From Polyangia bacterium (lineage in GTDB: Bacteria; Myxococcota_A; Polyangia; Fen-1088), in NCBI GenBank assembly GCA_036557265.1, contig DATBHU010000168.1, positions 1 through 51,350 on the forward strand: a DNA stretch of 51,350 nucleotides, read 5' to 3'. Below are positions 8,410-20,387 of the stretch, piece after piece. The number at the start of each line of letters is the position of its first letter. Position 1 is the stretch's first letter. The position numbers and the translations under genes were made by a program. Under the pieces are notes generated by a model that was given only the letters and a program-made list of their open reading frames with translations, made no database searches and was not told where the DNA came from.

Positions 8410-9510
8410 GTGCCATCACGCCGCCGTAGAAAGACCGACCGGACGAAAAAGTTAACGAAAGTGCCGCCTGAGGACACTAACAATCTCGTGGCAGACTCGT
8501 CGATCCGCTCCGGCGATGCGGCCTGGGACGACCTCGATCAGGCGTTCTTCGCGTCCGCGCCCCCGGATGTGCCCGAGGCGCCGGCGGCGCCCGAACGTTT
8601 CGACGACCTGTTTCCTGAGGCGGCCGCGACGCCCGCGAGACGCGCGCGCGCGACGACACCGGAGGACGCCGTGGCGCAGGGGCGCGCGGCGGCCGCGGCC
8701 GCTGCGTCGCGCGCTCTCCTGCGCCGCGCCTCTGGCGCGATCGGCCGCGGGGCGCGGCCCGCCGTCGCTTCCGTGGGCCGGGTGACGTCCGCGTCCTGCC
8801 GCGCCGTTGGGCGATCTTCGGCGCGCGTGATCCGCGCCGCGGGCCGGGTGACGTCCCGGACGGCGCAGGCGGCGATCCCGGCGGCCGCGCGCCTGGCCGG
8901 CGCGCTTCGCATCGGGCGCCTGAACGGTCAGACGGTCGCGATCGTGGTCGCGAGCGTGATTCTGCTCTCGGGGCTGTCGGCCGTGGTGGTCGCGTCGAGA
9001 GGCAACGGGCACGCCAACCTGCCGGCGACGCCGCTCGAACCGAGGGCCGGCGCAGGCCGCGCCACCGTGGCGGCGGTGGCCCCGCCGCCGGCCGCTGCGC
9101 CCTTCGCGCCCGCGGCCGAACCGGCGCAGATGCAGTCGGTGCTGCCCGATAATCCGGAGCCTGCCGCGGCCGAGCCCGAGCCACCGGCGCCCGCGGCGGC
9201 GCCGGCTCCGGCAGCGTCGGAAGCGTCCCAGGAATCGAGCGAGAAGCATCGGCACCACGCCGAAGCGGCGAAGCACCCGGCGGCGCCGGCCGCTCCCAAG
9301 CACCGGCGGGCGTCCTACTCGGCGGAGAAGGACCTGATGCTGCCGTCGTTCATGCAGGGCCAGCCGCAGGCGTCCAAGCCGGCGCAACCGCAGGCCGCGG
9401 CCGCCGCCCCGACCCCGGCGCGCCAGCTGGCGCCCGCCACCAGGCCCGCCCCGGCAGCGGCGCCCGCCTACGCGCCGGCCCCGCCCGCGCGGCCGCTCTT
9501 CTCGCGCTGA
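8410..9510 (+). CDS. Pro/Ala-rich single-pass membrane protein, low complexity
   Basis: The ORF has a coding-like G/C third position. It contains a WDDLDQAFFA motif, one TM helix (TVAIVVASVILLSGLSAVVVA) and a long PAAAP-type tail. The start is uncertain (GTG 8410, 8461 or 8488), and the first ~80 nt are unusually A/T-rich. Confidence 0.5.
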   Translation: MPSRRRRKTDRTKKLTKVPPEDTNNLVADSSIRSGDAAWDDLDQAFFASAPPDVPEAPAAPERFDDLFPEAAATPARRARATTPEDAVAQGRAAAAAAASRALLRRASGAIGRGARPAVASVGRVTSASCRAVGRSSARVIRAAGRVTSRTAQAAIPAAARLAGALRIGRLNGQTVAIVVASVILLSGLSAVVVASRGNGHANLPATPLEPRAGAGRATVAAVAPPPAAAPFAPAAEPAQMQSVLPDNPEPAAAEPEPPAPAAAPAPAASEASQESSEKHRHHAEAAKHPAAPAAPKHRRASYSAEKDLMLPSFMQGQPQASKPAQPQAAAAAPTPARQLAPATRPAPAAAPAYAPAPPARPLFSR

Positions 9511-9548
9511 CGTTCGTGCGTTGATCTCCGCGCGCTGATCTGCGCGCC

Positions 9549-10514
9549 TCAGTTGTCGCGCAGGAACGCCGCGATCTCCGTCATCAGCTCGGCGTCGTGG
9601 CCGACCCAGACGTGACCGCCCGACGGATAGGTGACGAGACGCGCGCCCGGAATCGCCGCGGCGATGGAGCGGGCCGGCTCGATGGTCCGGTAACGGTCAT
9701 CCTCCAGCGAGATCACCAGCGTCGGCGTCGCGATCCGATCGAGCGGCAGCTGATGCGGGGTCGCGACGAAATGCGCGTCGTTCAGCAGGCCCTGCGCGCG
9801 CGCGCTGACCGGAAGCACGTTCCTCAGGACGTCCCACGCGCGGCGCCGCTCGATCGGGTTCGCCGCGGCCAGGATCGCCGGATCGGTGGCCAGCACCGAG
9901 CGGGTCATCGCGCGCGGCGCGATCGAGAGCGCCAGCCAGTAGAGGAAGTCCGAGCGGATGAACCGCTGCGCGAGCGTCATCAGGATCGGCGAGCGCAGGG
10001 GAAGAACGCCCGCGGCGCCCAGCGCGGCGGCGGCGGCGGGAACGAGCAGGACGAGCGAACGGCAACGCTAGGGATGCGCCAGCGCCAGCTGCAAGGCTGA
10101 CAGCGCCCCCGCCGAGATGCCGACCACCGCCGCCCGTCGGATCTGAAGCCGGTCCATGAGCGCCACGAACGCCTCGGCCTGATTGAGCGGCGACGGATCG
10201 TCCGGGCTGGACGACCGCAAGTAACCAAAGCGCGACGGAGCCACCACCTGGTAGCCCGCCACCGCCAGCCGCTCCGCCGCCGGCGTGACCTGATCGAAGC
10301 CGCCGCCCGCCCCGTGCGCCAGCAGCACCGGCACGCCCCGCCCGACCATCGCGTACTCGATCGGCCCGAAGCGCGGCGACGTCCAGACCCGGCTTCCCCG
10401 CGCGACACGCGCGCGCTGCGCCCGCAGATCGGCCGCGAATCGCGCCCAGACCTGCACGCCCGCGGCACCGGCGGCGACTCCGATCAACGCGGCGGCGACT
10501 CGGCCTGGTCGCAT
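9549..10514 (-). pseudogene. Alpha/beta hydrolase interrupted by one in-frame TAG (10068..10070)
   Basis: ORFs 10068..10514 and 9549..9980 are in the same frame. Read through, the junction is ...LQLALAHP*RCRSLVLLVPAAAA..., where hydrolases of this fold usually have HPERVxxLVL. The nucleophile elbow GISAGA, the Asp region (SLEDD) and the His (SGGHVW) are all intact. Confidence 0.8.
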
Positions 10515-10700
10515 CTCGGTGCGGAAGAAAGCAAACGACGCACCAGGCGCACCGCGGCCGCCGCTTCCGGGACGGTGCGGATCTTGCCGATTCGCCGTAC
10601 GGACGAGTACCGGTGGCGCGACCGCGACGCATACTCGACGGTGTGGGCGTCCTCGGCGGGGGGCCCGTCGGGAAGTCGGCAGTCGGCAAGGGGAGGCGGG

Positions 10701-12332
10701 ATGAGCAGCAGTCCGGTGGAGGTGGGTGGTCTCCAGCAGTTGAGCCCGTTCCAGCTCAAGGACCTGCTGATCCGCAGCGCGCGCGACTTCTCACGCAGCA
10801 AGGCGGCGACGCACAACTTCCTCGACGCGGGCCGCGGCAATCCGAACTGGGTCGCCACCACGCCGCGTGAGGCGTTCTTCACGCTCGGCCGCTTCGCGCT
10901 CTCCGAGTCGAAGCGCGTCTGGGACGAACCGGGCTTCGGCGGCATGCCGCACGCCGACGGCATCGCCGACCGCCTGCGCAGGTACGTGAGCCGCGCCGGG
11001 GAGGGACTCGGGGCGGACCTGCTGCGCCGCGCGCTCGACTACGCGGTCGCCACGCTGCGCTTCGACGCCGACAGCTTCGTCCACGAGCTGGCCGATTCGA
11101 TCATCGGCGACACCTATCCGGTGCCCGATCGGATGCTGGTCCACAGCGAGGCGATCGTGCAGCGCTACCTGGCCAAGGTGATGTGCGACGACCGGCCGCC
11201 GCCGGGAACCTTCGACCTGTTCGCCGTCGAGGGCGGCACGGCGGCGATGTGCTACGTGTTCAAGAGCCTGTTCGCGAACCGGCTGCTGCGCCAGGGCGAC
11301 CTGGTGGCGCTCGGGACGCCGATCTTCACGCCCTACGTCGAGCTGCCGCACCTGGAAGATTTCGCGCTGCAGACGATCGAGATCGCGCAGAGCGGAACGC
11401 GAGCGGGCTTCCACACCTGGCAGTACCCGGAGGCGGAGATCGAGAAGCTGGCCGACCCGCGCGTGAAGGCGTTCTTCCTGGTCAACCCGTCGAACCCGGC
11501 GTCGTTCGCGCTGGCCCCGCAGACGCACGCGCACATCGTCGAGCTGGTGCGGGAGCGGCGCCCGGATCTGATCATCCTGACCGACGACGTCTACGGCACG
11601 TTCGTCGACGGCTTCCGCTCGCTGGCGGCGGACCTGCCGCAGAACACCATCCTGGTCTATTCGTACTCGAAGCACTTCGGCTGCACGGGCTGGCGGCTGG
11701 GCGTCGTCGCGCTGCACGCCGACAACATCCTGGACCGGCAGCTGGCGAACCTGCCCGAGCGCGACCGCGCGGCGCTGCGCGAGCGCTACGCGTCGCTGAC
11801 CACCGATCCCGACGGCCTCAAGCTGATCGACCGCATGGTCGCCGACAGCCGGGACGTGGCGCTGAACCACACCGCCGGGCTGTCGCCGCCGCAGCAGGTG
11901 CAGATGGCGCTGTTCTCGCTGTTCGCGCTGCTCGACGAGGACGACGTCTACGAACGGCGCTGCCGCGCGATCATCCACGAGCGGCTGGCGCGGCTGGCGC
12001 AGGGGCTGCGCATCCCCGTCCCGCCCGATCCGCTGCGGGTCGGCTACTACGTCGACCTCGATCTCGAGGTCTGGGGGCGCAAGGAGTTCGGCGAGGACTT
12101 CGTCCGCTACGCGCAGGCCCACCGGCAGCCGGTCGAGGTGGTGCTGGGGCTGGCGCGCCGCCACGGCACCGTGCTGCTGAACGGCGGCGGCTTCGAGGGG
12201 CCGCCCTGGACGGTGCGCGTGTCGCTCGCCAACCTGGACGCCGACGACTACGAGGCGATCGGGCGCGATCTGCGCGAGACGATGCAGCGGGCGCTGGAGG
12301 AGTGGAAGCGGCTGACCGGGCAGGGAGGTTGA
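10701..12332 (+). CDS. asdA: Aspartate 4-decarboxylase (bifunctional aspartate aminotransferase / L-aspartate beta-decarboxylase)
   Basis: This is the inner part of ORF 10314..12332, starting at ATG 10701 behind GGGGAGG. Family-typical blocks are LSPFQLKDLLI, DAGRGNPNW, FAVEGGTAAM, YSYSKHFGCTGWRLGVVA (PLP lysine) and LIDRMVADSRDVALNHTAGLSPPQQVQMALFSLFALLDE. Confidence 0.9.
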   Translation: MSSSPVEVGGLQQLSPFQLKDLLIRSARDFSRSKAATHNFLDAGRGNPNWVATTPREAFFTLGRFALSESKRVWDEPGFGGMPHADGIADRLRRYVSRAGEGLGADLLRRALDYAVATLRFDADSFVHELADSIIGDTYPVPDRMLVHSEAIVQRYLAKVMCDDRPPPGTFDLFAVEGGTAAMCYVFKSLFANRLLRQGDLVALGTPIFTPYVELPHLEDFALQTIEIAQSGTRAGFHTWQYPEAEIEKLADPRVKAFFLVNPSNPASFALAPQTHAHIVELVRERRPDLIILTDDVYGTFVDGFRSLAADLPQNTILVYSYSKHFGCTGWRLGVVALHADNILDRQLANLPERDRAALRERYASLTTDPDGLKLIDRMVADSRDVALNHTAGLSPPQQVQMALFSLFALLDEDDVYERRCRAIIHERLARLAQGLRIPVPPDPLRVGYYVDLDLEVWGRKEFGEDFVRYAQAHRQPVEVVLGLARRHGTVLLNGGGFEGPPWTVRVSLANLDADDYEAIGRDLRETMQRALEEWKRLTGQGG

Positions 12333-12334
12333 AC

Positions 12335-13444
12335 ATGCGCAATCGAGTCTTGATCGCGGTGGCGTCGCTGGCGGTGGGCCTGGCCGCCGCCCAGCTGACC
12401 GCCGAGGCGCAGGCGCCCACGCCCGCGCCGTCGGAGCCGCAGGCGGCGCCCGAGAAGCCGAAGCCGCGGATCATGATCCTCGCCACCGGCGGAACCATCG
12501 CGGGCGCCGGCACGGCGGGCGGCTACGGTTACCAGGCAGGCACCTTCAAGGTCGAAGATCTGATCAAGGCGGTGCCGAACCTCGACACGCTGGCGACGCT
12601 GAAGGGCGAGCAGGTGGCGAACATCGGCAGCCAGGACATGAACGACGACGTCTGGCTGAAGCTGGCGGCGCGCACCAACGAGGTGCTGCAGTCGCCCGAC
12701 GTCGACGGCGTCGTCATCACCCACGGCACCGACACGATGGAGGAGACGGCGTACTTCCTGAACCTCGTCGTGAAGAGCGAGAAGCCGGTCGTGCTGGTCG
12801 GCTCGATGCGGCCGGCGACGGCGATCAGCGCCGACGGCCCCGCCAACCTCTACAACGCGGTCGCCACGGCGGGCGACGTGAAGGCCTACGGGCGCGGCGT
12901 GCTGGTGGTGATCAACGACAAGATCCACACGGCGCGCAACGTGGCCAAGACCAACACCACCAGCGTCGACACGTTCGAGAGCCCGAACCGCGGCCCGACC
13001 GGCGTGGTGACGGCGGGCAAGATCGCCTGGTTCGAACCGATGGACAAGCGCCACACCACGCACTCGCAGTTCAGCGTGCAGGGGCGCAAGAACCTGCCGC
13101 GCGTCGACATCATCTACGCGCACTCGAACATGAGCCCCGACCTGATCAAGGCGGCGCTCAAGAACGGCGCCAAGGGGCTGGTGGTGGCCGGGGTGGGCGA
13201 CGGCAACATGTCGAAGGCCGCGCTGCAGGCGCTCGCCGACGCCGTGAAGTCGGGCGTGCTGGTGGTGCGCAGCACGCGGCTCGAGAGCGGCCTCGTGCTG
13301 CGCAACAGCGAGGTGGACGACGACAAGATGAACTTCGTGGCGTCGGGCGAGCTGAACCCCGGCAAGTCGCGCGTGCTGCTGCAGCTGGCGCTGCTCAGCA
13401 CCACCGACATCAAGTCGATCCAGCGGATGTTCGACACGTACTGA
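12335..13444 (+). CDS. ansB: Periplasmic type II L-asparaginase
   Basis: ATG lies 2 nt after the asdA stop. The signal peptide is MRNRVLIAVASLAVGLAAAQLTAEAQA. Catalytic blocks are ILATGGTIAG, VVITHGTDTMEETA and GSMRPATAISADGP. Confidence 0.9.
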   Translation: MRNRVLIAVASLAVGLAAAQLTAEAQAPTPAPSEPQAAPEKPKPRIMILATGGTIAGAGTAGGYGYQAGTFKVEDLIKAVPNLDTLATLKGEQVANIGSQDMNDDVWLKLAARTNEVLQSPDVDGVVITHGTDTMEETAYFLNLVVKSEKPVVLVGSMRPATAISADGPANLYNAVATAGDVKAYGRGVLVVINDKIHTARNVAKTNTTSVDTFESPNRGPTGVVTAGKIAWFEPMDKRHTTHSQFSVQGRKNLPRVDIIYAHSNMSPDLIKAALKNGAKGLVVAGVGDGNMSKAALQALADAVKSGVLVVRSTRLESGLVLRNSEVDDDKMNFVASGELNPGKSRVLLQLALLSTTDIKSIQRMFDTY

Positions 13445-13456
13445 GAGGCGACGGCG

Positions 13457-15166
13457 GTGCTGGCGGCGGGTCTCGCGAAGCAGCCGTTCGTCCTGCTGTT
13501 TCTCGTCGTCGCCGCGGGCTACGCGCTCGGGCGCCTGAAGGTGCGCGGCATCGGCCTGGGCGCGACGGCGTCGACGCTGATCATCGCGCTCGCCACCAGC
13601 CTGATCGCGGCGCTGCGCGGCACCACCTTCGCGCTGCCCGAGTTCGCGAGCACACTGTTCTTCAACCTGTTCATGTTCGCGGTCGGCATGAAGGTCGGCC
13701 CGCAGTTCCTGTCCGGCCTGCGCCGCGACGCCAAGCGCTTCCTGCTGCTCGGGCTGCTGGTCCCGGTGCTGGCCCTGGGGGCGATCTTCGTCGTGCGCGC
13801 GATCTTCCATCCGGCGCCGGGGATCATCCCGGGCGTGTTCGCGGGCGCCAACACCGCCACGCCCGGGTTCGGCGCGGCCCAGACCGCCTACGCGAGCGGC
13901 GCCGGGCATCTCACCGCCGGCGTCACCGTCGCCGAGGCGGCCAGCAGCCTGTCGACGGCGTTCGCGTTCTCGTACTGCATCAGCATGGTGCTGTTCATCG
14001 TGCTGATGAAGGTCCCCGACATGTTCGGCGCGAACACGGCGCGCGCCGCGGCCGAGTACGAGCGCTCGATCAAGGGCGGGGGCGCGCCGCTGCCGGGCGT
14101 GGCCGACGAGTTCTTCGGGACGGTGCCCGCCGCGCCCGTCACCGTGCGCACCTACGAGATCGAGGCGCCCGAGCTGCTGGGGCAACCGCTCGGCGAGCTG
14201 CGCCGGAAGTATCCGCTCGTCTCGGTGGAGCGGATCTCGCGCCGCGGCCGGCTGATCGATCCCAGGGACGACACCGTCCTCGAGCGGCGCGACACGGTGG
14301 CGCTGTTCGGCCCGATCGCGCGCCTGGCCGTGGCGGGCGGACGCATCGGCACGGAGGTGTACGAGCGCGTCGTGCGCGACGTCGGTCTGCAGACCGTCGA
14401 CGTGATCGTGCACAAGGGCGTCGCCTCCGGGCGCTCACTGGGGGATCTGGCCGCCGACGTCGGGCACGGCCTGTTCCTGAACGCGATGTTTCGCGGCGGC
14501 GACGAGATCCCGCACGGCCCCGAGACGATCATCCGCAAGGGCGACGTCCTGCGCGTCACCGGCAGCGCCTGGCGCGTCAAGATCCTCGAGCAGGAGACGG
14601 GCCGGGTGATCCGCCCCAGCCTGTCGACCGACATCGTGACGCTGGCGCTGGGGCTGACCGCGGGCGCGCTGATCGGGATGATCACCATCCCGATCGGGCA
14701 GATCCGGCTGGCCTTCGGCTCGGCGGTGGGCCTGCTGCTGGTCGGCATCGGCCTCAGCACGCTGCGCACGCGCCACCCGAGGTTCGGCGGCCCGTATCCG
14801 GAGCCGGCCCGCCGCCTGATCGAGGACCTCGGCCTGAACGTCTTCGTCGCGATCGTCGGGCTGAACTCGGGCGCCGGCGTCATCCAGACGATCAAGCAGG
14901 GATCGATCGCGCCGATCTTGATAGGCACGCTGATCGTCGGCTTCGTCCCCGCGCTGATCGCGTGGGTGGTCGGCCGGCGCGCGCTGCGCATGAACATCGC
15001 GCTCCTGCTGGGCGCGGTGGCGGGCGGCCGCTGCAACAGCGCCGGCATGCAGGCCGCGCAGGAGAGCACCCAGAGCAACGTGCCCGCCCTCTCCTACCCG
15101 GTGACGTTCGCGATCTCGAACGTGGTGCTGACGTTCATGTCCTACGTGATGGCCATGGTGGGGTGA
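13457..15166 (+). CDS. aspT: Aspartate:alanine antiporter (AAE family, YidE/YbjL-type permease with two central TrkA-C domains)
   Basis: There are two blocks of TM helices flanking two RCK-C-like segments (VRTYEIEAPELLGQPLGEL..., VDVIVHKGVASGRSLGDL...). It starts 12 nt after ansB and is in an operon with asdA. Confidence 0.8.
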   Translation: MLAAGLAKQPFVLLFLVVAAGYALGRLKVRGIGLGATASTLIIALATSLIAALRGTTFALPEFASTLFFNLFMFAVGMKVGPQFLSGLRRDAKRFLLLGLLVPVLALGAIFVVRAIFHPAPGIIPGVFAGANTATPGFGAAQTAYASGAGHLTAGVTVAEAASSLSTAFAFSYCISMVLFIVLMKVPDMFGANTARAAAEYERSIKGGGAPLPGVADEFFGTVPAAPVTVRTYEIEAPELLGQPLGELRRKYPLVSVERISRRGRLIDPRDDTVLERRDTVALFGPIARLAVAGGRIGTEVYERVVRDVGLQTVDVIVHKGVASGRSLGDLAADVGHGLFLNAMFRGGDEIPHGPETIIRKGDVLRVTGSAWRVKILEQETGRVIRPSLSTDIVTLALGLTAGALIGMITIPIGQIRLAFGSAVGLLLVGIGLSTLRTRHPRFGGPYPEPARRLIEDLGLNVFVAIVGLNSGAGVIQTIKQGSIAPILIGTLIVGFVPALIAWVVGRRALRMNIALLLGAVAGGRCNSAGMQAAQESTQSNVPALSYPVTFAISNVVLTFMSYVMAMVG

Positions 15167-15171
15167 GGTCG

Positions 15172-15717
15172 ATGCAGGGCGGCGATCAGCGCGACGACGA
15201 GCCTCGACTGGACCGCGATGTGCCCGGACGGCACCGCGGCCTGCTCGAGCAGCTGCTCAAGGTTCGCTACATCGCCATCGTCGTGGTGATCGCGGCGATC
15301 ATGCACTCGCTGGCGTTCCTGGTCCTGGGCGGACGCATCGCGCTCCACGCCTATCTCGTCATCGCCCGCGGGGCGGCCGGGGGCGAGAACGTCCGGCCCG
15401 GGCTGGAGCTGCTGCACTCGCTCGACTTCTTGCTGATCGCGCTGGTGCTGCTGATCCTGGGGCTGGGCGTCTTCAAGCTTTTCCTGCTGCCGGCGTCCAC
15501 CGATCACCGGGCCTACAAGCTGCCGACGTGGCTCAACATGGACACCTTCAGCGATCTGAAGGTGCTGCTGTGGGAGACGATCCTGACTGCGCTGGTGGTG
15601 TTCGGGCTGCCGACGCTCAGCTCCGACCTGGTGGGCAAACTGGAGTGGACCGCGCTGGTGCTGCCGGCGGCGATCATGCTCCTCTCGCTCGGGCTCTATT
15701 TCATGAAGAAGGCCTGA
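15172..15717 (+). CDS. YqhA-family (UPF0114) small membrane protein
   Basis: This is the inner part of ORF 14962..15717, with ATG 15172 five nt after the aspT stop and behind GGTGAGG. It has four predicted TM helices and the block LEQLLKVRYIAIVVVIAAIMHSLAFLVLG. Confidence 0.65.
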   Translation: MQGGDQRDDEPRLDRDVPGRHRGLLEQLLKVRYIAIVVVIAAIMHSLAFLVLGGRIALHAYLVIARGAAGGENVRPGLELLHSLDFLLIALVLLILGLGVFKLFLLPASTDHRAYKLPTWLNMDTFSDLKVLLWETILTALVVFGLPTLSSDLVGKLEWTALVLPAAIMLLSLGLYFMKKA

Positions 15718-15818
15718 GCGCGATTGGCCCGCCCGACGGCCTCACGTGACAGGTTTGCGAACAATCGCCCGGAAAAGCGCGGGCGCGGCGAGGCCGCCTT
15801 AGGATCGCCAGTCACGCG

Positions 15819-17177
15819 ATGAAGACGGTCCGCGAGAGCGCTCGTGAGGTCCCGGTGATCGCGGAGGTCGACGTGCTGGTGGTCGGCAGCGGACCGGGCG
15901 GGCTGGGCGCGGCGCTCGGCGCGGCGCGCGCCGGCGCGCGGACGATGGTGGTCGAGCGCTTCGGCTGCCTGGGCGGCAACATCACCGTGGTCGGCGTGGA
16001 GAGCATCGCCTGGTACCGGCGCGAAGGGACCGTCGACAGCGAAGGGATCGGCATCGAGCTCGAGCAGCGCGCAAAGGCCATGGGCGCCACCAGCCCCGAG
16101 CCGCAGTCGAAGAGCGAGGCGATCAACGCCGACATGTTCAAGGTCGTGGCCGACCGGCTGGTGGCGGAGGCGGGCGTGACGCCGCTCCTGCACGCGGTCG
16201 CGATCGACACCGTGATGGAGGGCGACGCCCTGCGCGGCATCATCGTCCATAGCAAGTCGGGCCGCGGCGCGATCCTGGCCAGGCGGATCGTCGACGCGTC
16301 GGGCGACGCGGACGTCGCCCACTACGCGGGCGCGCCCACCCGCATGACGGTGCGCGAGCGGATGCTGCCGGTGACGGTGATGTTCTCGGTCAGCGGCGTC
16401 GACAAGAAACGCTTCCTGGACTACGTCGCCGCCAACCCGACGAAGTACAAGGACTGGGGCCTGGAGTGGGACGTCAGCAAGGGCGGGAAGGAAGACGAGC
16501 TGTTCAGCCCCTATCTGGAGAAGCCGTTCGCGCAGGCGCGCGCGGCGGGCGTGATCCCGGCCGGCCTCAAGAGCATCGGCGGCACCTGGAGCACCATCAC
16601 CGATTCGGGCGACGCCACCTACCTCAACATGATCCACCTGACCGGGTACGACGGGACCAACGTCTGGGACCTGACGAAAGGCGAGATCGAGGGGCGCGCG
16701 CAGGCGCTGCAGGCGATCACCGCGCTCAACCATTACGCGCCCGGGTTCGAGAAGGCGAAGCTGCGCACGTACGGGACGACGATCGGCGTGCGTGACACGC
16801 GGAAGATCCTCGGGCGCACCAACCTGACCGAGCACGACGTGCGCAACCAGGCGCGCTTCGACGATTCGATCGGCATCTTCCCGGAGTTCATCGACGGCTA
16901 CGGCGTGCTGGTGCTGCCGACGACCGGGCGCTATTTCGAAATTCCTTACGGCGTGCTACTGCCTCAGCGGGTGGAGAACTTGCTGGTGGCCGGGCGCTGC
17001 ATCGCGGGCGACGAGATCTCGCACGCCAGCGTGCGCAGCATGATGTGCTGCGCGGTCACCGGCCAGGGCGCGGGCGTGGCGGCGGCGATCTCGATCAGGG
17101 ACGGCGTCAGCCTGCGTGATCTGAACGTCGCGCACTTGCAGGCGGAGCTGGTCCGCCAGGGAGCACGAATCCATTGA
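15819..17177 (+). CDS. FAD-dependent oxidoreductase
   Basis: An N-terminal dinucleotide-binding motif ([22 protein letters not shown]) is followed by [11 protein letters not shown]. Confidence 0.8.
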   Translation: MKTVRESAREVPVIAEVDVLVVGSGPGGLGAALGAARAGARTMVVERFGCLGGNITVVGVESIAWYRREGTVDSEGIGIELEQRAKAMGATSPEPQSKSEAINADMFKVVADRLVAEAGVTPLLHAVAIDTVMEGDALRGIIVHSKSGRGAILARRIVDASGDADVAHYAGAPTRMTVRERMLPVTVMFSVSGVDKKRFLDYVAANPTKYKDWGLEWDVSKGGKEDELFSPYLEKPFAQARAAGVIPAGLKSIGGTWSTITDSGDATYLNMIHLTGYDGTNVWDLTKGEIEGRAQALQAITALNHYAPGFEKAKLRTYGTTIGVRDTRKILGRTNLTEHDVRNQARFDDSIGIFPEFIDGYGVLVLPTTGRYFEIPYGVLLPQRVENLLVAGRCIAGDEISHASVRSMMCCAVTGQGAGVAAAISIRDGVSLRDLNVAHLQAELVRQGARIH

Positions 17178-18356
17178 GCGACCCCGTCCGCACTCTTCCC
17201 GCGCGCCCCTCGCCCCGCATCCTGCTCGGCCCGGGACCGAGCGAGGTCCCGGCGCGCGTCCTGGCGGCGCTGGCGGAGCCGACGCTCGGCCACCTGGATC
17301 CCGAATACCTCGCGATCATGGACGAGACGCGCGGCCTCTTGCAGCGCGTGTTCCAGACCGAGAACCAGCTGACGCTGGCGGTCCCCGGCACGGGCAGCGC
17401 CGGCATGGAGGCGTGCGTGGCGAACCTGACCGAGCCGCACGACCAGGTGATCGTCTGCGCGGCGGGCGCGTTCGGCGCGCGCATGGCCGACATGGCCGAT
17501 CGCCACGGCGCGTTCGTCCACACGCTGGAGGCGGCCTGGGGCCAGACCATCCACCCGGAGGCGCTGGCCGACGCGCTGAAGCAGCACCCCGGCGCGAAGT
17601 GGGTCGGCATCGTCCACGCCGAGACGTCGACGGGCGCGCACCAGCCGCTGCAGGAGATCGCGCGCGTCGCGCACGCGGCCGGCGCGCTGCTGCTCGTCGA
17701 CGCGGTCACGTCGCTGGGCGGGCACGAGCTGCCCGTCGACGCCTGGGGGATCGACGCCTGCTACAGCGGCACCCAGAAGTGTCTGTCGTGCCCGCCGGGC
17801 CTGGCGCCCGTCACGTTCAGCGCGGCGGCGCTGGAGGCGATGGATCGTCGCAAGACCAAGGTGCGCAGCTGGTACCTCGACATGTCGCTCATCCGCAACT
17901 ACTGGAGCGCGGATCGCGTCTACCACCACACCGCGCCCGTCAACATGACGTACGCGCTGCGCGAGGCGCTGTGCGCCGTGCTGGAGGAGGGGCTGGACGC
18001 GCGCATCGCGCGCCACCGCCGCAATCACCTGGCCCTGCGCGCCGGCCTCGAGACGATGGGGATCTCGTACATCCCGGCGGCCAGCCTGGCGCCGCTGAAC
18101 GCGGTCTACGTCCCGCCCGGCGTCGACGACGCGCGCGTGCGCGCGCGCCTGCTCGACGACTTCGGCATCGAGATCGGCGGCGGCCTCGGTCCGTTCAAGG
18201 GCACGGCCTGGCGCATCGGCCTGATGGGCGCCTCCAGCACGCGCCGCAACGTCACGCTGCTGCTGTCGGCGCTCGAGACCATCCTGCGCGACGCGGGCCT
18301 GCCGCTCGCGATCGGCGCGGCCGCGCAGGCCGCCGCGAACAGCTACGCGGCGGACG

Positions 18357-18364
<8 letters not shown>
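17174..18364 (+). CDS. Class V aminotransferase (alanine-glyoxylate / serine-pyruvate aminotransferase family)
   Basis: Blocks [39 protein letters not shown] and [16 protein letters not shown] (PLP lysine) are present. The TTG start overlaps the stop of the preceding gene (ATTGA). Confidence 0.85.
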
Positions 18365-20384
<2,020 letters not shown>

Positions 20385-20387
20385 GCC

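Noticed and set aside
10068-10070. In-frame TAG considered as programmed recoding (pyrrolysine-type)
   Set aside because: There is no pyl gene context in view, and the position aligns with an ordinary conserved Glu. A GAG to TAG point change or a sequencing error is far more likely.
12248-14413. 721-aa minus-strand ORF opposite ansB and aspT, and similar shadows at 10791..12164, 24126..26207, 23795..25759, 40407..42671 and 46785..48692
   Set aside because: They are antisense to genes with unambiguous family motifs. Their composition is dominated by R/A/G/D/H with no recognisable domains.
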